From: Dehalococcoidia bacterium
Lineage (GTDB): Bacteria > Chloroflexota > Dehalococcoidia > Lucifugimonadales > UBA1123
DNA: 64,000 nt
Direction of reading: 5' to 3'
Assembly (NCBI GenBank): GCA_965207355.1
Contig: OZ242284.1
Span: 40,992 to 104,991 of the forward strand
Positions 54,593 through 64,000 of the stretch are shown here, one piece after another; within the stretch, counting starts at the first letter, position 1, and every line of letters begins with the position of its first letter. The notes beneath the pieces were generated by a model. That model did no database searches and had not been told where the DNA came from. It saw only the letters and a program-made list of their open reading frames with translations. The translations under genes and the position numbers were made by a program.

Positions 54593-55933
54593 ATGGCAGG
54601 AGACCGAGACAACAAGATGATACTGGGCGCCTTCTTGCAGGCGGCCAACTGCTCCAACTATGCCGCGTCCTGGCGGCACCCGGCGTCCGATCCGGGATTC
54701 TTGACCGCTGAGTATTACCAGGAAATCGCCAGGACACTAGAGCAGGGCAAGTTCCACTTCGGGTTCATAGACGACCGGCTGGCGATGCCCAGCCGGTATA
54801 ACGACTCAGTAGAAGACACGATCCGGCACGGCATCAGGGCCGTCAAACTCGACCTGATTCCCGTCGTCATGGCAATGACGCTGGCTACGAGATACCTGGG
54901 TGTCAGCGCCACGTACTCGACCACATATCACGCTCCCTTCCATATAGCCCGGCTCTTCTCCACGCTCGACCACTTTTCGGGCGGGCGCGCCGCCTGGAAC
55001 GTGGTCACGTCTCTGAACGACTCGGAGGCGCAGAACTTCGGCACGGACGCTCACGAGGGACACGACTCTCGCTACGACCGCGCCGACGAGGTGCTCGAAA
55101 TCATCACGGGCCTGTGGGATAGTTGGGAAGATGATGCGCTTGTGCTGGACAAGAAGGCCGGCACTTTCGCCGATCCTGACAAGGTACGGAGACTAAACTA
55201 CGAGGGCGAGTGGTTGAGTTCCAGGGGGCCACTGACAGTGCCTCGTCCGCCCCAGGGTTACCCTGTCATCATGCAGGCGGGACAGAGTGTCCGTGGTCGT
55301 GAGTTCGCTGCACGCTGGGCCGAGACGGTGTTCGCCATATTTCGTTCCATGGACGCCGGTAGGGAGATCTGCAACGATCTCAAGACGCGCGCCGAGCGAC
55401 ACGGTAGGAGCGCCGACGACATGAAGGTTGTTACCGCCGCATACGCCGTGGTTGGCGAAACCGAGTCAATGGCGAGGGACAAGCTCGCATACATTGAGAG
55501 CATTGCGCATCCCAGCGACACGCCGGTGCTGCTGTCCGAGCTTCTCAACTACGACTTCGGCCAGCATTCCTCAGACGAGCTTCTCGAGGACAAGCATCTC
55601 GATGCGATATCGGGTTCGCGCGGGCTGGCGGAGCGAATGATGGCGTCGGGCATAGAGTATCCCACGTTCGGGGACTTCCTGGACCAGAGCAGGCGTGGGA
55701 CGATCTGGGAACTGCCCGTATTCGTGGGCAGCCCGACCCAGATTGCGGACGAGATGGAGGAGTGGTTCAGAAGCGGGGCCTGCGACGGCTTCATGGTCGC
55801 TGCGCCATACCTGCCGGGAGCCTACCAGGACTTCGTCAGAATGATCGTCCCGGAACTACAGCGTAGAGGCGTCTTCCACAAGGACTACAAGGCCGACACG
55901 CTGCGCGGAAATCTGGGACTGCGTCGTCCCTGA
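54593..55933 (+). CDS. LLM-class flavin-dependent monooxygenase (NtaA/DszA-like)
   Basis: 446 aa. 'ILGAFL...NYAASWRHP', 'GRAAWNVVTS', 'GSPTQIADEMEEW'. Confidence 0.85.
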   Translation: MAGDRDNKMILGAFLQAANCSNYAASWRHPASDPGFLTAEYYQEIARTLEQGKFHFGFIDDRLAMPSRYNDSVEDTIRHGIRAVKLDLIPVVMAMTLATRYLGVSATYSTTYHAPFHIARLFSTLDHFSGGRAAWNVVTSLNDSEAQNFGTDAHEGHDSRYDRADEVLEIITGLWDSWEDDALVLDKKAGTFADPDKVRRLNYEGEWLSSRGPLTVPRPPQGYPVIMQAGQSVRGREFAARWAETVFAIFRSMDAGREICNDLKTRAERHGRSADDMKVVTAAYAVVGETESMARDKLAYIESIAHPSDTPVLLSELLNYDFGQHSSDELLEDKHLDAISGSRGLAERMMASGIEYPTFGDFLDQSRRGTIWELPVFVGSPTQIADEMEEWFRSGACDGFMVAAPYLPGAYQDFVRMIVPELQRRGVFHKDYKADTLRGNLGLRRP

Positions 55934-55951
55934 ACCGCGGCCGGGAGCCGA

Positions 55952-56374
55952 TCAGCCGGAAACGTTGCTCTTCCTCGCCTGTTCGACTGACTTTTCGATC
56001 AACTTGCGCAGGATGTTCATGTCAACGTCGGCGAGCTTGTTGATGTACAGGCACGACGCTCCCTTGCGGTGCTTGCCGAGCGCACCGAGCAGCGAATCGT
56101 ACTCCTTGAAGCCGTCCATGATATACAGCGACAGGCTTTGCTTTCTGGGTGAAAAGCCGGCAAGGAAGATGTCTCCCTCCCTGCCTGATTCGTATTTGTA
56201 GTGGTAGTCCCCGAACCCGATGATGCTCGGTCCCCACATCTCGGGTTCTTCCCCGGTAATCTCTTTCATTACCTGCAACAGGGTGAAGCCGTCCTCGCGT
56301 CGTCGCTTGTTTTCGACCGATTCGATGAAGTCCTCCACGCTCGCGCCCGTCTTCTGTGTCTTGTTTTCAGTCAA
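55952..56374 (-). CDS. DUF1801 (YdhG-like) domain protein
   Basis: 140 aa. 'VEDFIESVENKRRREDGFTLLQVM', 'MWGPSIIGFGDYHYKYESGREGD'. Confidence 0.72.
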   Translation of the reverse strand: MTENKTQKTGASVEDFIESVENKRRREDGFTLLQVMKEITGEEPEMWGPSIIGFGDYHYKYESGREGDIFLAGFSPRKQSLSLYIMDGFKEYDSLLGALGKHRKGASCLYINKLADVDMNILRKLIEKSVEQARKSNVSG

Positions 56375-56400
56375 GTCTCACAAACTCCCTGTCTAACAAG

Positions 56401-56544
56401 GTCTTTTCGTTTTCACCTCGTCTTCGATCTCTCGTTCATCCTGAGCTTGTCGAAGGAAGCCTGTCGGGCCGTCCGTTCATGGTTCGCCCTGAGCTTGTCG
56501 AAGGGTCACCACGAACGGACCTAATCTAGTGACGCTTAATAGTG
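56401..56544 (-). repeat. REP/MITE-like element, family D, copy interrupted by an IS110-family element
   Basis: The reverse complement reads 'cactattaagcgtcactagattaggtccgttcgtggtgacccttcgacaagctcagggcgaaccatgaacggacgg...'. The missing 5' piece 'gggtcttgt' lies at 57714-57706. Confidence 0.85.
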
Positions 56545-56564
56545 AAAAGCAACTGTCTTAAGTG

Positions 56565-57512
<948 letters not shown>

Positions 57513-57705
57513 CTATGTCTCCTGTCAAACATTGGCCCTGCCTTGCAAGATACGGGCTTGGGTAGCCCAGGCAACTGTTCGGGCTCCTGTTTACAATGGG
57601 CGCGGCGACCCTCGCTTTTCAACGGTCTCCTAGACCTAAGACCCTACGGTCTGCCACGCCAAGATGTATCTTGTACAAGTGATCGCCTCATGTCAAAATC
57701 AAGAT
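57513..57705 (-). ncRNA. candidate IS110-type bridge (guide) RNA in the left-end non-coding region
   Basis: Position matches the known bridge-RNA location. It contains 8-mers identical to the target flank (agggtctt) and to the IS right end (acagttgc). See findings. Confidence 0.4.
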
Positions 57706-57876
57706 ACAAGACCCTGCCTGTCTAAGCCTACCCTGGCGTACTTTATTGTCACTGTGTACATTGTCGTACTCAGTAGGTACTTTATCCAGCATTACGAACG
57801 CCCATATTCTGCCCATACGGGAACGAAATGGTATATCCTGTAACGCGTCACAGAACAGTTCACGGAGGACGAACAC

Positions 57877-58665
57877 ATGAAGCCAAATGTACTCAGACAG
57901 AAACTGGAATCTGGCGAGCCCACCGTCAGCACGCATATACACGCCACCTGGCCGTCCGTAGTGGAGGCAGTAGGTCACACCGGCATATACGACTACGTGG
58001 AATTCGTGGCCGAGTACGGTCCGTCGGACCTGCACGACCTCGACAACCTCGCCCGCGCAGCCGAGCTCTTCGACATGGGCATGATGATCAAGGTGGACCA
58101 GAGTCACCAGGCGTACCTCGCCCAGCGCGCGGTCGGGTCCGGCTTCGGAAGCGTGCTCTTTACCGACGCCCGCTCCGCTGCCGACGTTCGAGAGCAGATC
58201 CTGACCATTAAGCCCGACACCCCCGACGACAATGGAATGTACGGTGTCGCCACGCGCAGGCATACCTATATGGGCTACGGCGGATCCGCCGAGTACGTGA
58301 AGGCACTGCAGGAGACCGTCGCCGCCGTGATGATCGAGAAGAAGGGCGCGGTGGACGAACTCGACGAGATACTCGAGATCCCCGGGTTGGACATGGTCCA
58401 GTGGGGCGGCTCCGACTTCTCGGTGAGCATCGGCAAGCCTGGCCAGCGCAATCACCCGGACGTAGTAGCTGCGCACGACAAGGTCTTCAAGTCTTCCGTC
58501 GCGGCGGGCGTGGCGGCGAGAGCCGAGATACAGTCCGCCGACGAAGCGAAGAAGTATCTCGATATGGGCGTTCGCCACTTCTCCATCGGCACCGACATCA
58601 CCATCCTGCACGGCTGGTGGAAGTCGAACGGTGAAGACCTCTGGAAAGCGATCAATGGCGAGTAG
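57877..58665 (+). CDS. HpcH/HpaI family aldolase
   Basis: 262 aa. 'VEAVGHTGIYDYVEFVAEYG', 'MIKVDQ', 'IEKKGAVDELDEILEIPGLDMVQWGGSDFS'. Confidence 0.82.
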   Translation: MKPNVLRQKLESGEPTVSTHIHATWPSVVEAVGHTGIYDYVEFVAEYGPSDLHDLDNLARAAELFDMGMMIKVDQSHQAYLAQRAVGSGFGSVLFTDARSAADVREQILTIKPDTPDDNGMYGVATRRHTYMGYGGSAEYVKALQETVAAVMIEKKGAVDELDEILEIPGLDMVQWGGSDFSVSIGKPGQRNHPDVVAAHDKVFKSSVAAGVAARAEIQSADEAKKYLDMGVRHFSIGTDITILHGWWKSNGEDLWKAINGE

Positions 58666-58765
58666 TTTACAGTGGTCGGTCATCAGTAATCAGTTGGCGT
58701 ACTTCCGATCCGGCACTGAAAACTGAGAACTAACGGTTGTTTACTCCGAATAATAGGAGGCTGTC

Positions 58766-59125
58766 ATGGCGGAACTTGACCTTGCTTACAGGGTGCGGAG
58801 CTACAGCACCGGGACACTGGGACGCGCGATTTCCAACGCCCGCAATCACCACTGGGTAGCGGACGATTCCGGCGGCGAGGAGCTTGGGGCAGGGGAGTTC
58901 TTCCTGTCCGGCATATCGGCTTGCGCGGTCAATATGATCGAGCGTATCGCCAGTGAGGAGGAGACGCCGCTGGACTGGATGGACGTAAGCGTGGAAGCCT
59001 ACCGCGACCCGGACGCCGAGCCGGGCGAAGTCACTCTCTACGAGGACGTGCGAGTACACTTCCAGATGTGGGGCGTGTCTGACGACGACGGCCAGCGACT
59101 GGTGGACATCTGGAAACAGCGTTGA
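58766..59125 (+). CDS. OsmC/Ohr family protein
   Basis: 119 aa. 'GAGEFFLSGISACAVNMIERIA' carries the OsmC-type Cys region. Confidence 0.7.
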   Translation: MAELDLAYRVRSYSTGTLGRAISNARNHHWVADDSGGEELGAGEFFLSGISACAVNMIERIASEEETPLDWMDVSVEAYRDPDAEPGEVTLYEDVRVHFQMWGVSDDDGQRLVDIWKQR

Positions 59126-59212
59126 CCGCTCTATGGCACGGTTGCGGTCGCAACCCCAAATTCGAGCGTTAGCGCTGAGTTCAGTTCCGCTCCCCACGGA
59201 CGTTAGCCAGCG

Positions 59213-59473
59213 GTGTCCCAGTCAAACGGAGATAAGAGGTTCACAGGTGGGGGAGTGCGGATTCTCGGACTCCCTATCCAGTTCGTCATCGTAGTGGTCG
59301 TCAGTCTCGCTCTGACGATCTACCTTGCGGGATGGGCTGCCAGCAACAACATCGAGGCCAGGAATTTCCGGACCGCGAGTATGAACGGCATCCCGACCTA
59401 CCAGTCGGCGGATGCGGATACCGAAGCCGAAACATGGGAGCGGGCAGCCTTGCTGATCTGCCCGCTTCACTAG
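59213..59473 (+). CDS. small hypothetical membrane protein (86 aa)
   Basis: Single TM 'FVIVVVVSLALTIYLAGWAA'. No other support. Confidence 0.3.
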   Translation: MSQSNGDKRFTGGGVRILGLPIQFVIVVVVSLALTIYLAGWAASNNIEARNFRTASMNGIPTYQSADADTEAETWERAALLICPLH

Positions 59474-59524
59474 CCGCCCACAGACCTCTCCATTACCGGG
59501 CAAACACCCCCACAGGAACACCAC

Positions 59525-60892
59525 TTGACCACAGCAAAGCCCCCCTCTTCGTTCAGGACTCCCCAGCGTCAGCAGGTCTTCTACTGGCACTACGCCTGGG
59601 TAATCGTCACTATCATCGCTGTCATGCAGATGGTGGGATCGTCGGTGCGCATGGCGTTCGGTGTCTTCATAGATCCGCTGAGCACGGAATTTGGCTGGAG
59701 CCAAGGGGCCATCACGATGGCCTACGCTCTCTCCAGTGTCGTCACTGCCGTCGCCTCACCGATGGCCGGTTCGCTGGGCGACCGGATAGGCGCGCGCAAG
59801 GCAATGATGATCGGCTGCACGCTGTTCATCGTCGGAGTAATGCTGACCGGCGTCATCAACCAAGTGTGGCAGCTCTACGTCACGTTTGGGTTGATGCTTG
59901 GTGTGGCGCAGGCCATATTCCTGGTGCCGCTGATTCCATCCGCCATGACATGGTTCCGCAGACACCTGGGGCTCGGCATGGGCATCCTGATGGCGGCCTG
60001 GGGACTCGGGCCCGCGCTCGCCACTCCATTGCTTGGCTACATGATAGAGGCCTTTGGATGGAAGGACACCTTCTGGATAACGGCGGTCGTATCCGCCTTC
60101 ATCATGGCGGGTCTGATTGCGGTCTATAAGAACAAGCCCTCGGACCACGGCGTTGACCCCTATGGTTTCGTACCCGGCGACCCGGACATCGGCAGCAAGA
60201 GGCCGCCTGCCGAAAGGGTGAAGCAGTTCACAGGGTATATGCGGCGCACCGCCGCCTACTGGAATCTAAGTTCCATACACTTCCTCGGCTGTGTCGGACA
60301 CGCGATTATCCTGATATACATCATCCCGATTGCCGTCAACGAGGGGATTTCACTGGTCGTCGCCGCAAGCCTGGTTACGGCGATGTCCGCGGTCAGCATA
60401 ATCACGCGGCTCGCGACCCCGGTCATGTGCGACAAGTATGGTCCCAAGATGGTCATGACGGTCGCCTATCTCATCCAGGGACTCACCGTCATCATGCTCT
60501 TCTGGACGCACGACGTGTGGCTGTTCTTCGCCTTCGCCGCCGCCTTCGGAATCGGCTACGGAGGCGAGGCCGGCGGATTCCCCATACTCAACCGCAGGTA
60601 CTACGGATTCGCGCCGGTCGGCTCCGCGCACGGCTTTCAGATGCTCGGAGCGGGGCTGGGCATGGCGCTGGGAGGCTGGATAGGCGGTGTAATCTTCGAC
60701 ATGATGGGCAACTACGATTGGGCGCTGATAATCTCGGTCGTGGCCAGCGTCGCGGGCGCGGTCAGCATCCTCCTTCTTGAGCCCACGAACAGGCTGCTAA
60801 TCCCGGACTGGGAGAAGGAACCTGTGGCTGAGGAGGAATCGCAGCCGTCGGCGGGGCAGGTGGGGGCACCGACGTCGGCGGGCGCGGATTAG
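59525..60892 (+). CDS. MFS transporter
   Basis: 455 aa with about 12 hydrophobic segments and 'GSLGDRIGARKAMMIG' (MFS motif A-like). TTG start uncertain. Confidence 0.85.
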   Translation: MTTAKPPSSFRTPQRQQVFYWHYAWVIVTIIAVMQMVGSSVRMAFGVFIDPLSTEFGWSQGAITMAYALSSVVTAVASPMAGSLGDRIGARKAMMIGCTLFIVGVMLTGVINQVWQLYVTFGLMLGVAQAIFLVPLIPSAMTWFRRHLGLGMGILMAAWGLGPALATPLLGYMIEAFGWKDTFWITAVVSAFIMAGLIAVYKNKPSDHGVDPYGFVPGDPDIGSKRPPAERVKQFTGYMRRTAAYWNLSSIHFLGCVGHAIILIYIIPIAVNEGISLVVAASLVTAMSAVSIITRLATPVMCDKYGPKMVMTVAYLIQGLTVIMLFWTHDVWLFFAFAAAFGIGYGGEAGGFPILNRRYYGFAPVGSAHGFQMLGAGLGMALGGWIGGVIFDMMGNYDWALIISVVASVAGAVSILLLEPTNRLLIPDWEKEPVAEEESQPSAGQVGAPTSAGAD

Positions 60893-60954
60893 CGAATTTT
60901 GTTGTCGCTTTATTACAGGGCGCTTACTTGAGGCTTGCCCGCCTGTGGTTGATA

Positions 60955-61374
60955 TCAGGCTGCTTCCCACGGGTTGATGATGTCTATATCCAAACCGGCG
61001 AAATCCCTGACGTTGCGAGTTACCAAGGTCAGGTCGCGCACAACAGCAGTCCCTGCAATCAGAGCGTCAGGTATGTGCAGCGTTTGGCCATTCTCTCGCC
61101 CCCTTGCCCGCAGTGAAGCGGCTATCTCAGAGCAACGACGATCAACAGTAGCAATACGGTCATGATAGTCTTCCAAGAATCTGGATACGGCGTTTCTTAA
61201 TCTTGCTCGGCGTCGGCCTTCGCTGAGTATCGCTATACCATATTCCAGTTCGTGTATGACCACCACAGATACCCATAGGTCATCTTGTGTCGCCAAGAAC
61301 CCTGCTACCGCAGGATGAGGTCGGGGCCGCGTGTACTCGGACACGACATTCGTATCTAGCAGGAAGCCGCTCAT
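60955..61374 (-). CDS. vapC: type II toxin VapC (PIN domain)
   Basis: 139 aa. 'FLLDTNVVSE', 'DALIAGTAVVRDLTLVTRNVRDF'. Overlaps the antitoxin stop by 4 nt. Confidence 0.87.
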   Translation of the reverse strand: MSGFLLDTNVVSEYTRPRPHPAVAGFLATQDDLWVSVVVIHELEYGIAILSEGRRRARLRNAVSRFLEDYHDRIATVDRRCSEIAASLRARGRENGQTLHIPDALIAGTAVVRDLTLVTRNVRDFAGLDIDIINPWEAA

Positions 61375-61688
61375 TCTTCCTCGTCGAATATCACGTCGCT
61401 GAAGGCGATGAAACGACCACTCTCATCGTACTCGGGTTCTTTCTCGCCAATCCCTCTGGGCATATTTTCGAGTAGCCACTGGCCCATCGGTTTCCTGGGT
61501 GGGTTCTTCTCGTACCAAAGTTCGGCTGGCACGACTACGAAAGTATTTTGCTCCTTGATGTGAGGATCGTCTGTCTGTCGGGCGTTGATGAACTGGGGGC
61601 CGGCCACTTCGGAAAGGAGCAGTATCTGTGCGAGGTGGGCCTTCGCCTCTCGCAGGGTCCATTCCCCCTTGGAGTTGGAACATTCCAT
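61371..61688 (-). CDS. Phd/YefM-type antitoxin (VapB partner)
   Basis: Start taken at 'MECSNSKGEWTLREAKAHLAQIL..' (ATG 61688, AGGGGG upstream). 'W.L.EAKA.L..I' is the usual Phd signature. Acidic C-terminus. Confidence 0.68.
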   Translation of the reverse strand: MECSNSKGEWTLREAKAHLAQILLLSEVAGPQFINARQTDDPHIKEQNTFVVVPAELWYEKNPPRKPMGQWLLENMPRGIGEKEPEYDESGRFIAFSDVIFDEEE

Positions 61689-61843
61689 TTTTGCCCCCTG
61701 CAAACTAAGATGTGTCAGCCTATTGTAGCCAATGCCGCTAGGTGTACCAACTCTCATGATGAGAAGTGTCCCGACAAATGTCCACGCTCAGAGTGGACCT
61801 CGACATTGTGCTCGGCGGCTGAGTGGGTGCGACAAAACCAACC

Positions 61844-63445
61844 TTAGGCGAGCTTGTCAATGATATCCTCTTTGAGTCTCTGGTAAGTCGGCATTCCCGG
61901 CTTGATGAGGGGTGCTAGGATGTCTCTCATGAATACGTCGGCATTCTCACCTGGGTGTTGAATGGCAAGTAGGCTTTTCAAGCCGTTAAAGGTTTCGCCG
62001 GAAGCAGACTTAACGTCATCAGGCGGATTTCCCCTTGAAATGCTGGACTCAATTGCATTATCTCTTACTCTCAGAGCCTCTTCTCTTAACTCAGGCTTGC
62101 CTTCTTTGAGCGTAAGAGACTCAATCACGTCGTCGGCGAGCAAATACGATTCTAAGTTGCGCTCGCTCAACACTATGTCCCCTCTATTGGACCAATCTGC
62201 TATTTGTTTGACCGATTTATCATCGCGGTCCGCCAGCGCGACTATTCTTGATGAAGGCAGTACGGCCTGCAAAAGATCTTGCAGACCTGCTCTCGTTCTT
62301 TGGACTTCACTCGATGCACCTCCAGCCACGAAGATAATGCCGGGTTCTTGAGTGCTCAGTATGGTACTGTAAACATTAGCATCGAAATTCTTGCGTCTAC
62401 TGCCCACGGACGACCCTTCGCAAACTACTATTACTCGCGGGGCAATGAACTCCGACATGTCATCAAGTGTCATTGACAGCATTTTTTCCCAAGAGACCTT
62501 GTCCAAGACTGTCGGTCTCAGCACACTTGGACGGTCAAGGCTCACATCTTCAAAGTTGATTATGCAAACAGAACCTGGTTTCTGCCCTTCGATGTTCTGG
62601 GCTGCCCTAATCACTCCTAGGGCATGAGTCGTCGTCCATAGCTGAGAATTGTTAGGGACGACTTCCACTAGTTCTTTCAGGAGAATACCTTGTACGCCTG
62701 TATGGAGATGTGCCTCAATTTCATCGATGCAGTATATCGAATTCGTGAAGTGTAACTTTTTTAGATGGATGTCCAGCAATAAGTCAAATGCTGCTTTCTC
62801 GCCACCAGAGAGATTCTTGTATTGAAATGACTTGCTACTTCCCTTATCAAATAAGAAAGTCGACCCTTCGGAAGATGAGTCAAATGGATTTGAGACATTA
62901 TTCAATACCAGATCCCCAAATACTCCTCTCATTGAAGCCTGAATCTCGCCAATCAATTCCTCTCGTAGTGTTTTGACATTTTTCTTGTCATTCCGTTCGT
63001 CATAGAGAGAGGCGGCTGTCTGGTACACTATTCGCTGGTAATTTTGGGACACGCTTTTGTCATCGTCGATCAGCCTCCTGTTACGCAATTCTTCTGCGAC
63101 ATCGTTTGGTCTCCGGATGTTGGATATAGAGAAGTCGGATTCATTTCGATACGCGGTGCGGATATATAGGGAATTGGATCCAATCACCTCATTTCCGTGT
63201 AGAGTTAAGTTAACGACCTGGTCTCCTTGAAACGGTGAGTCCTTATCCTTCCGATAATAGGAATCGTCCTTCCAAGAACTCGTTGTCTTATAGCGATGCC
63301 AATGGATGAATGCATCGAATAGAGAGGATTTCCCACATCCATTTGGACCGACAACAACAACTAACTTTGCCGTCTCTGGTATACCTTCAATTGCTAATTC
63401 TGTGAATCGCTTGAAGTTCTTGAGATAAATCGAATTGACTCTCAT
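61844..63445 (-). CDS. ABC-type ATPase fused to a Toprim/DUF4435-like domain (OLD / PARIS-like)
   Basis: 533 aa. Walker A 'GPNGCGKSS', signature 'LSGGEKAAF', Walker B 'IYCIDEIEAHLH'. C-terminal 'VIVVCEGSS..D' and 'VALADRDD'. Visibly lower GC than its neighbours. Confidence 0.78.
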   Translation of the reverse strand: MRVNSIYLKNFKRFTELAIEGIPETAKLVVVVGPNGCGKSSLFDAFIHWHRYKTTSSWKDDSYYRKDKDSPFQGDQVVNLTLHGNEVIGSNSLYIRTAYRNESDFSISNIRRPNDVAEELRNRRLIDDDKSVSQNYQRIVYQTAASLYDERNDKKNVKTLREELIGEIQASMRGVFGDLVLNNVSNPFDSSSEGSTFLFDKGSSKSFQYKNLSGGEKAAFDLLLDIHLKKLHFTNSIYCIDEIEAHLHTGVQGILLKELVEVVPNNSQLWTTTHALGVIRAAQNIEGQKPGSVCIINFEDVSLDRPSVLRPTVLDKVSWEKMLSMTLDDMSEFIAPRVIVVCEGSSVGSRRKNFDANVYSTILSTQEPGIIFVAGGASSEVQRTRAGLQDLLQAVLPSSRIVALADRDDKSVKQIADWSNRGDIVLSERNLESYLLADDVIESLTLKEGKPELREEALRVRDNAIESSISRGNPPDDVKSASGETFNGLKSLLAIQHPGENADVFMRDILAPLIKPGMPTYQRLKEDIIDKLA

Positions 63446-63614
63446 TCAGGAATTCCCTTTTTGATGATGTAGTCCGGCCGGTATTAGGTTCCCAAGAGCG
63501 AAAAGTCGTGCAAACATACACAAAGAGATGTCATCGCAACGGGTAGAGGGGTATCTTGAAAACCAATTTCGCCCATGATTATAGCATAAATGTTCTCTCA
63601 TGCAAAGATAGACC

Positions 63615-63646
63615 AAAAGCGGCGTCCCTAGTGGAACGCCGCCCTT
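63615..63646 (-). terminator. rho-independent terminator after the NHL gene
   Basis: On the minus strand, 'gcggcgt-tccactaggg-acgccgc' followed by 'ttttgg'. It separates the ATPase gene into its own transcription unit. Confidence 0.6.
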
Positions 63647-63674
63647 TGTTCAGCTAGATTGTATTTTGGAGATG

Positions 63675-64000
63675 CTAGACTGTCGCCAGAGTGGGTGCGC
63701 GGAGCGGTGCTGACATCTGGCTTTCGTCGAGGGGGATGGCCTCGTTGAGATAGACCTGGACTCGGTAGGAGCGGTAGTCGGGGACGTACATTCGGCCCTC
63801 GTCATCTACTCTCACGGACTTGGGGGCGCGGAGCAGCTTTGCCTCCTCCATGTTTGCCATGTCGCGCAGGCGGTTGGGGTAGGCGTTGGTCAGCATGTAG
63901 TCGCGCGCGACCCTGGACAGGGTCGCGTCGCCCAGGAACTTCTGCACGTACTCGCCCTTCTCGTTGAAGAGTTGCACCCTGTCGTTGCCGGTGTCGGCGA
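63675..64000 (-). CDS. NHL-repeat protein, C-terminal part (gene runs off the window)
   Basis: My translation upstream of the listed ORF reads 'ADTGNDRVQLFNEKGEYVQKF', a classic NHL blade, so the frame stays open to the window edge. Confidence 0.65.
   Translation of the reverse strand, partial: ADTGNDRVQLFNEKGEYVQKFLGDATLSRVARDYMLTNAYPNRLRDMANMEEAKLLRAPKSVRVDDEGRMYVPDYRSYRVQVYLNEAIPLDESQMSAPLRAPTLATV

Noticed and set aside
57688-58683. 331-aa minus-strand ORF
   Set aside because: Antisense to the HpcH/HpaI aldolase gene, with no motifs. It starts inside the IS flank.
59332-60129. 265-aa + strand ORF overlapping the MFS gene in another frame
   Set aside because: The Arg/Gly/His-rich translation is typical of an off-frame reading. 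The MFS frame gives regular hydrophobic helices.

Overview
GC-rich bacterial chromosomal segment. Gene content and repeat types suggest a Chloroflexota-like organism, possibly a marine SAR202/Dehalococcoidia type; this is inference only. Most of the window is housekeeping or catabolic: selB, an E3-E1alpha-E1beta-E2 2-oxoacid dehydrogenase operon, pyrD, trmD, a stripped-down division cluster rsmH-ftsA-ftsZ, nrdR-nrdJ, pdxA, proC-yggT, birA, dnaN, and many SDR/LLM/GMC/amidohydrolase/Gfo-type oxidoreductases. Accessory content: (i) A ~5.8 kb Type III restriction-modification island (mod-res). Its res carries a ~120-aa C-terminal tail and is translationally coupled to a retropepsin-like aspartic protease. 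This is my best candidate for an undescribed system. (ii) A lower-GC ABC-ATPase/Toprim-like (OLD/PARIS-like) gene next to a vapBC pair. (iii) A RelE/ParE-type toxin-antitoxin pair. (iv) An IS110-family element whose insertion point inside a REP-like element can be mapped to the base by comparison with an uninterrupted paralog elsewhere in the window. Its left-end non-coding region looks like a bridge RNA. (v) A large-serine-recombinase homolog lacking the catalytic Ser and the DRxxR arginines. (vi) At least three families of dispersed palindromic intergenic repeats. I recognised no rRNA, tRNA or CRISPR array. All family calls come from motifs read in the translated ORFs; no database search was run.
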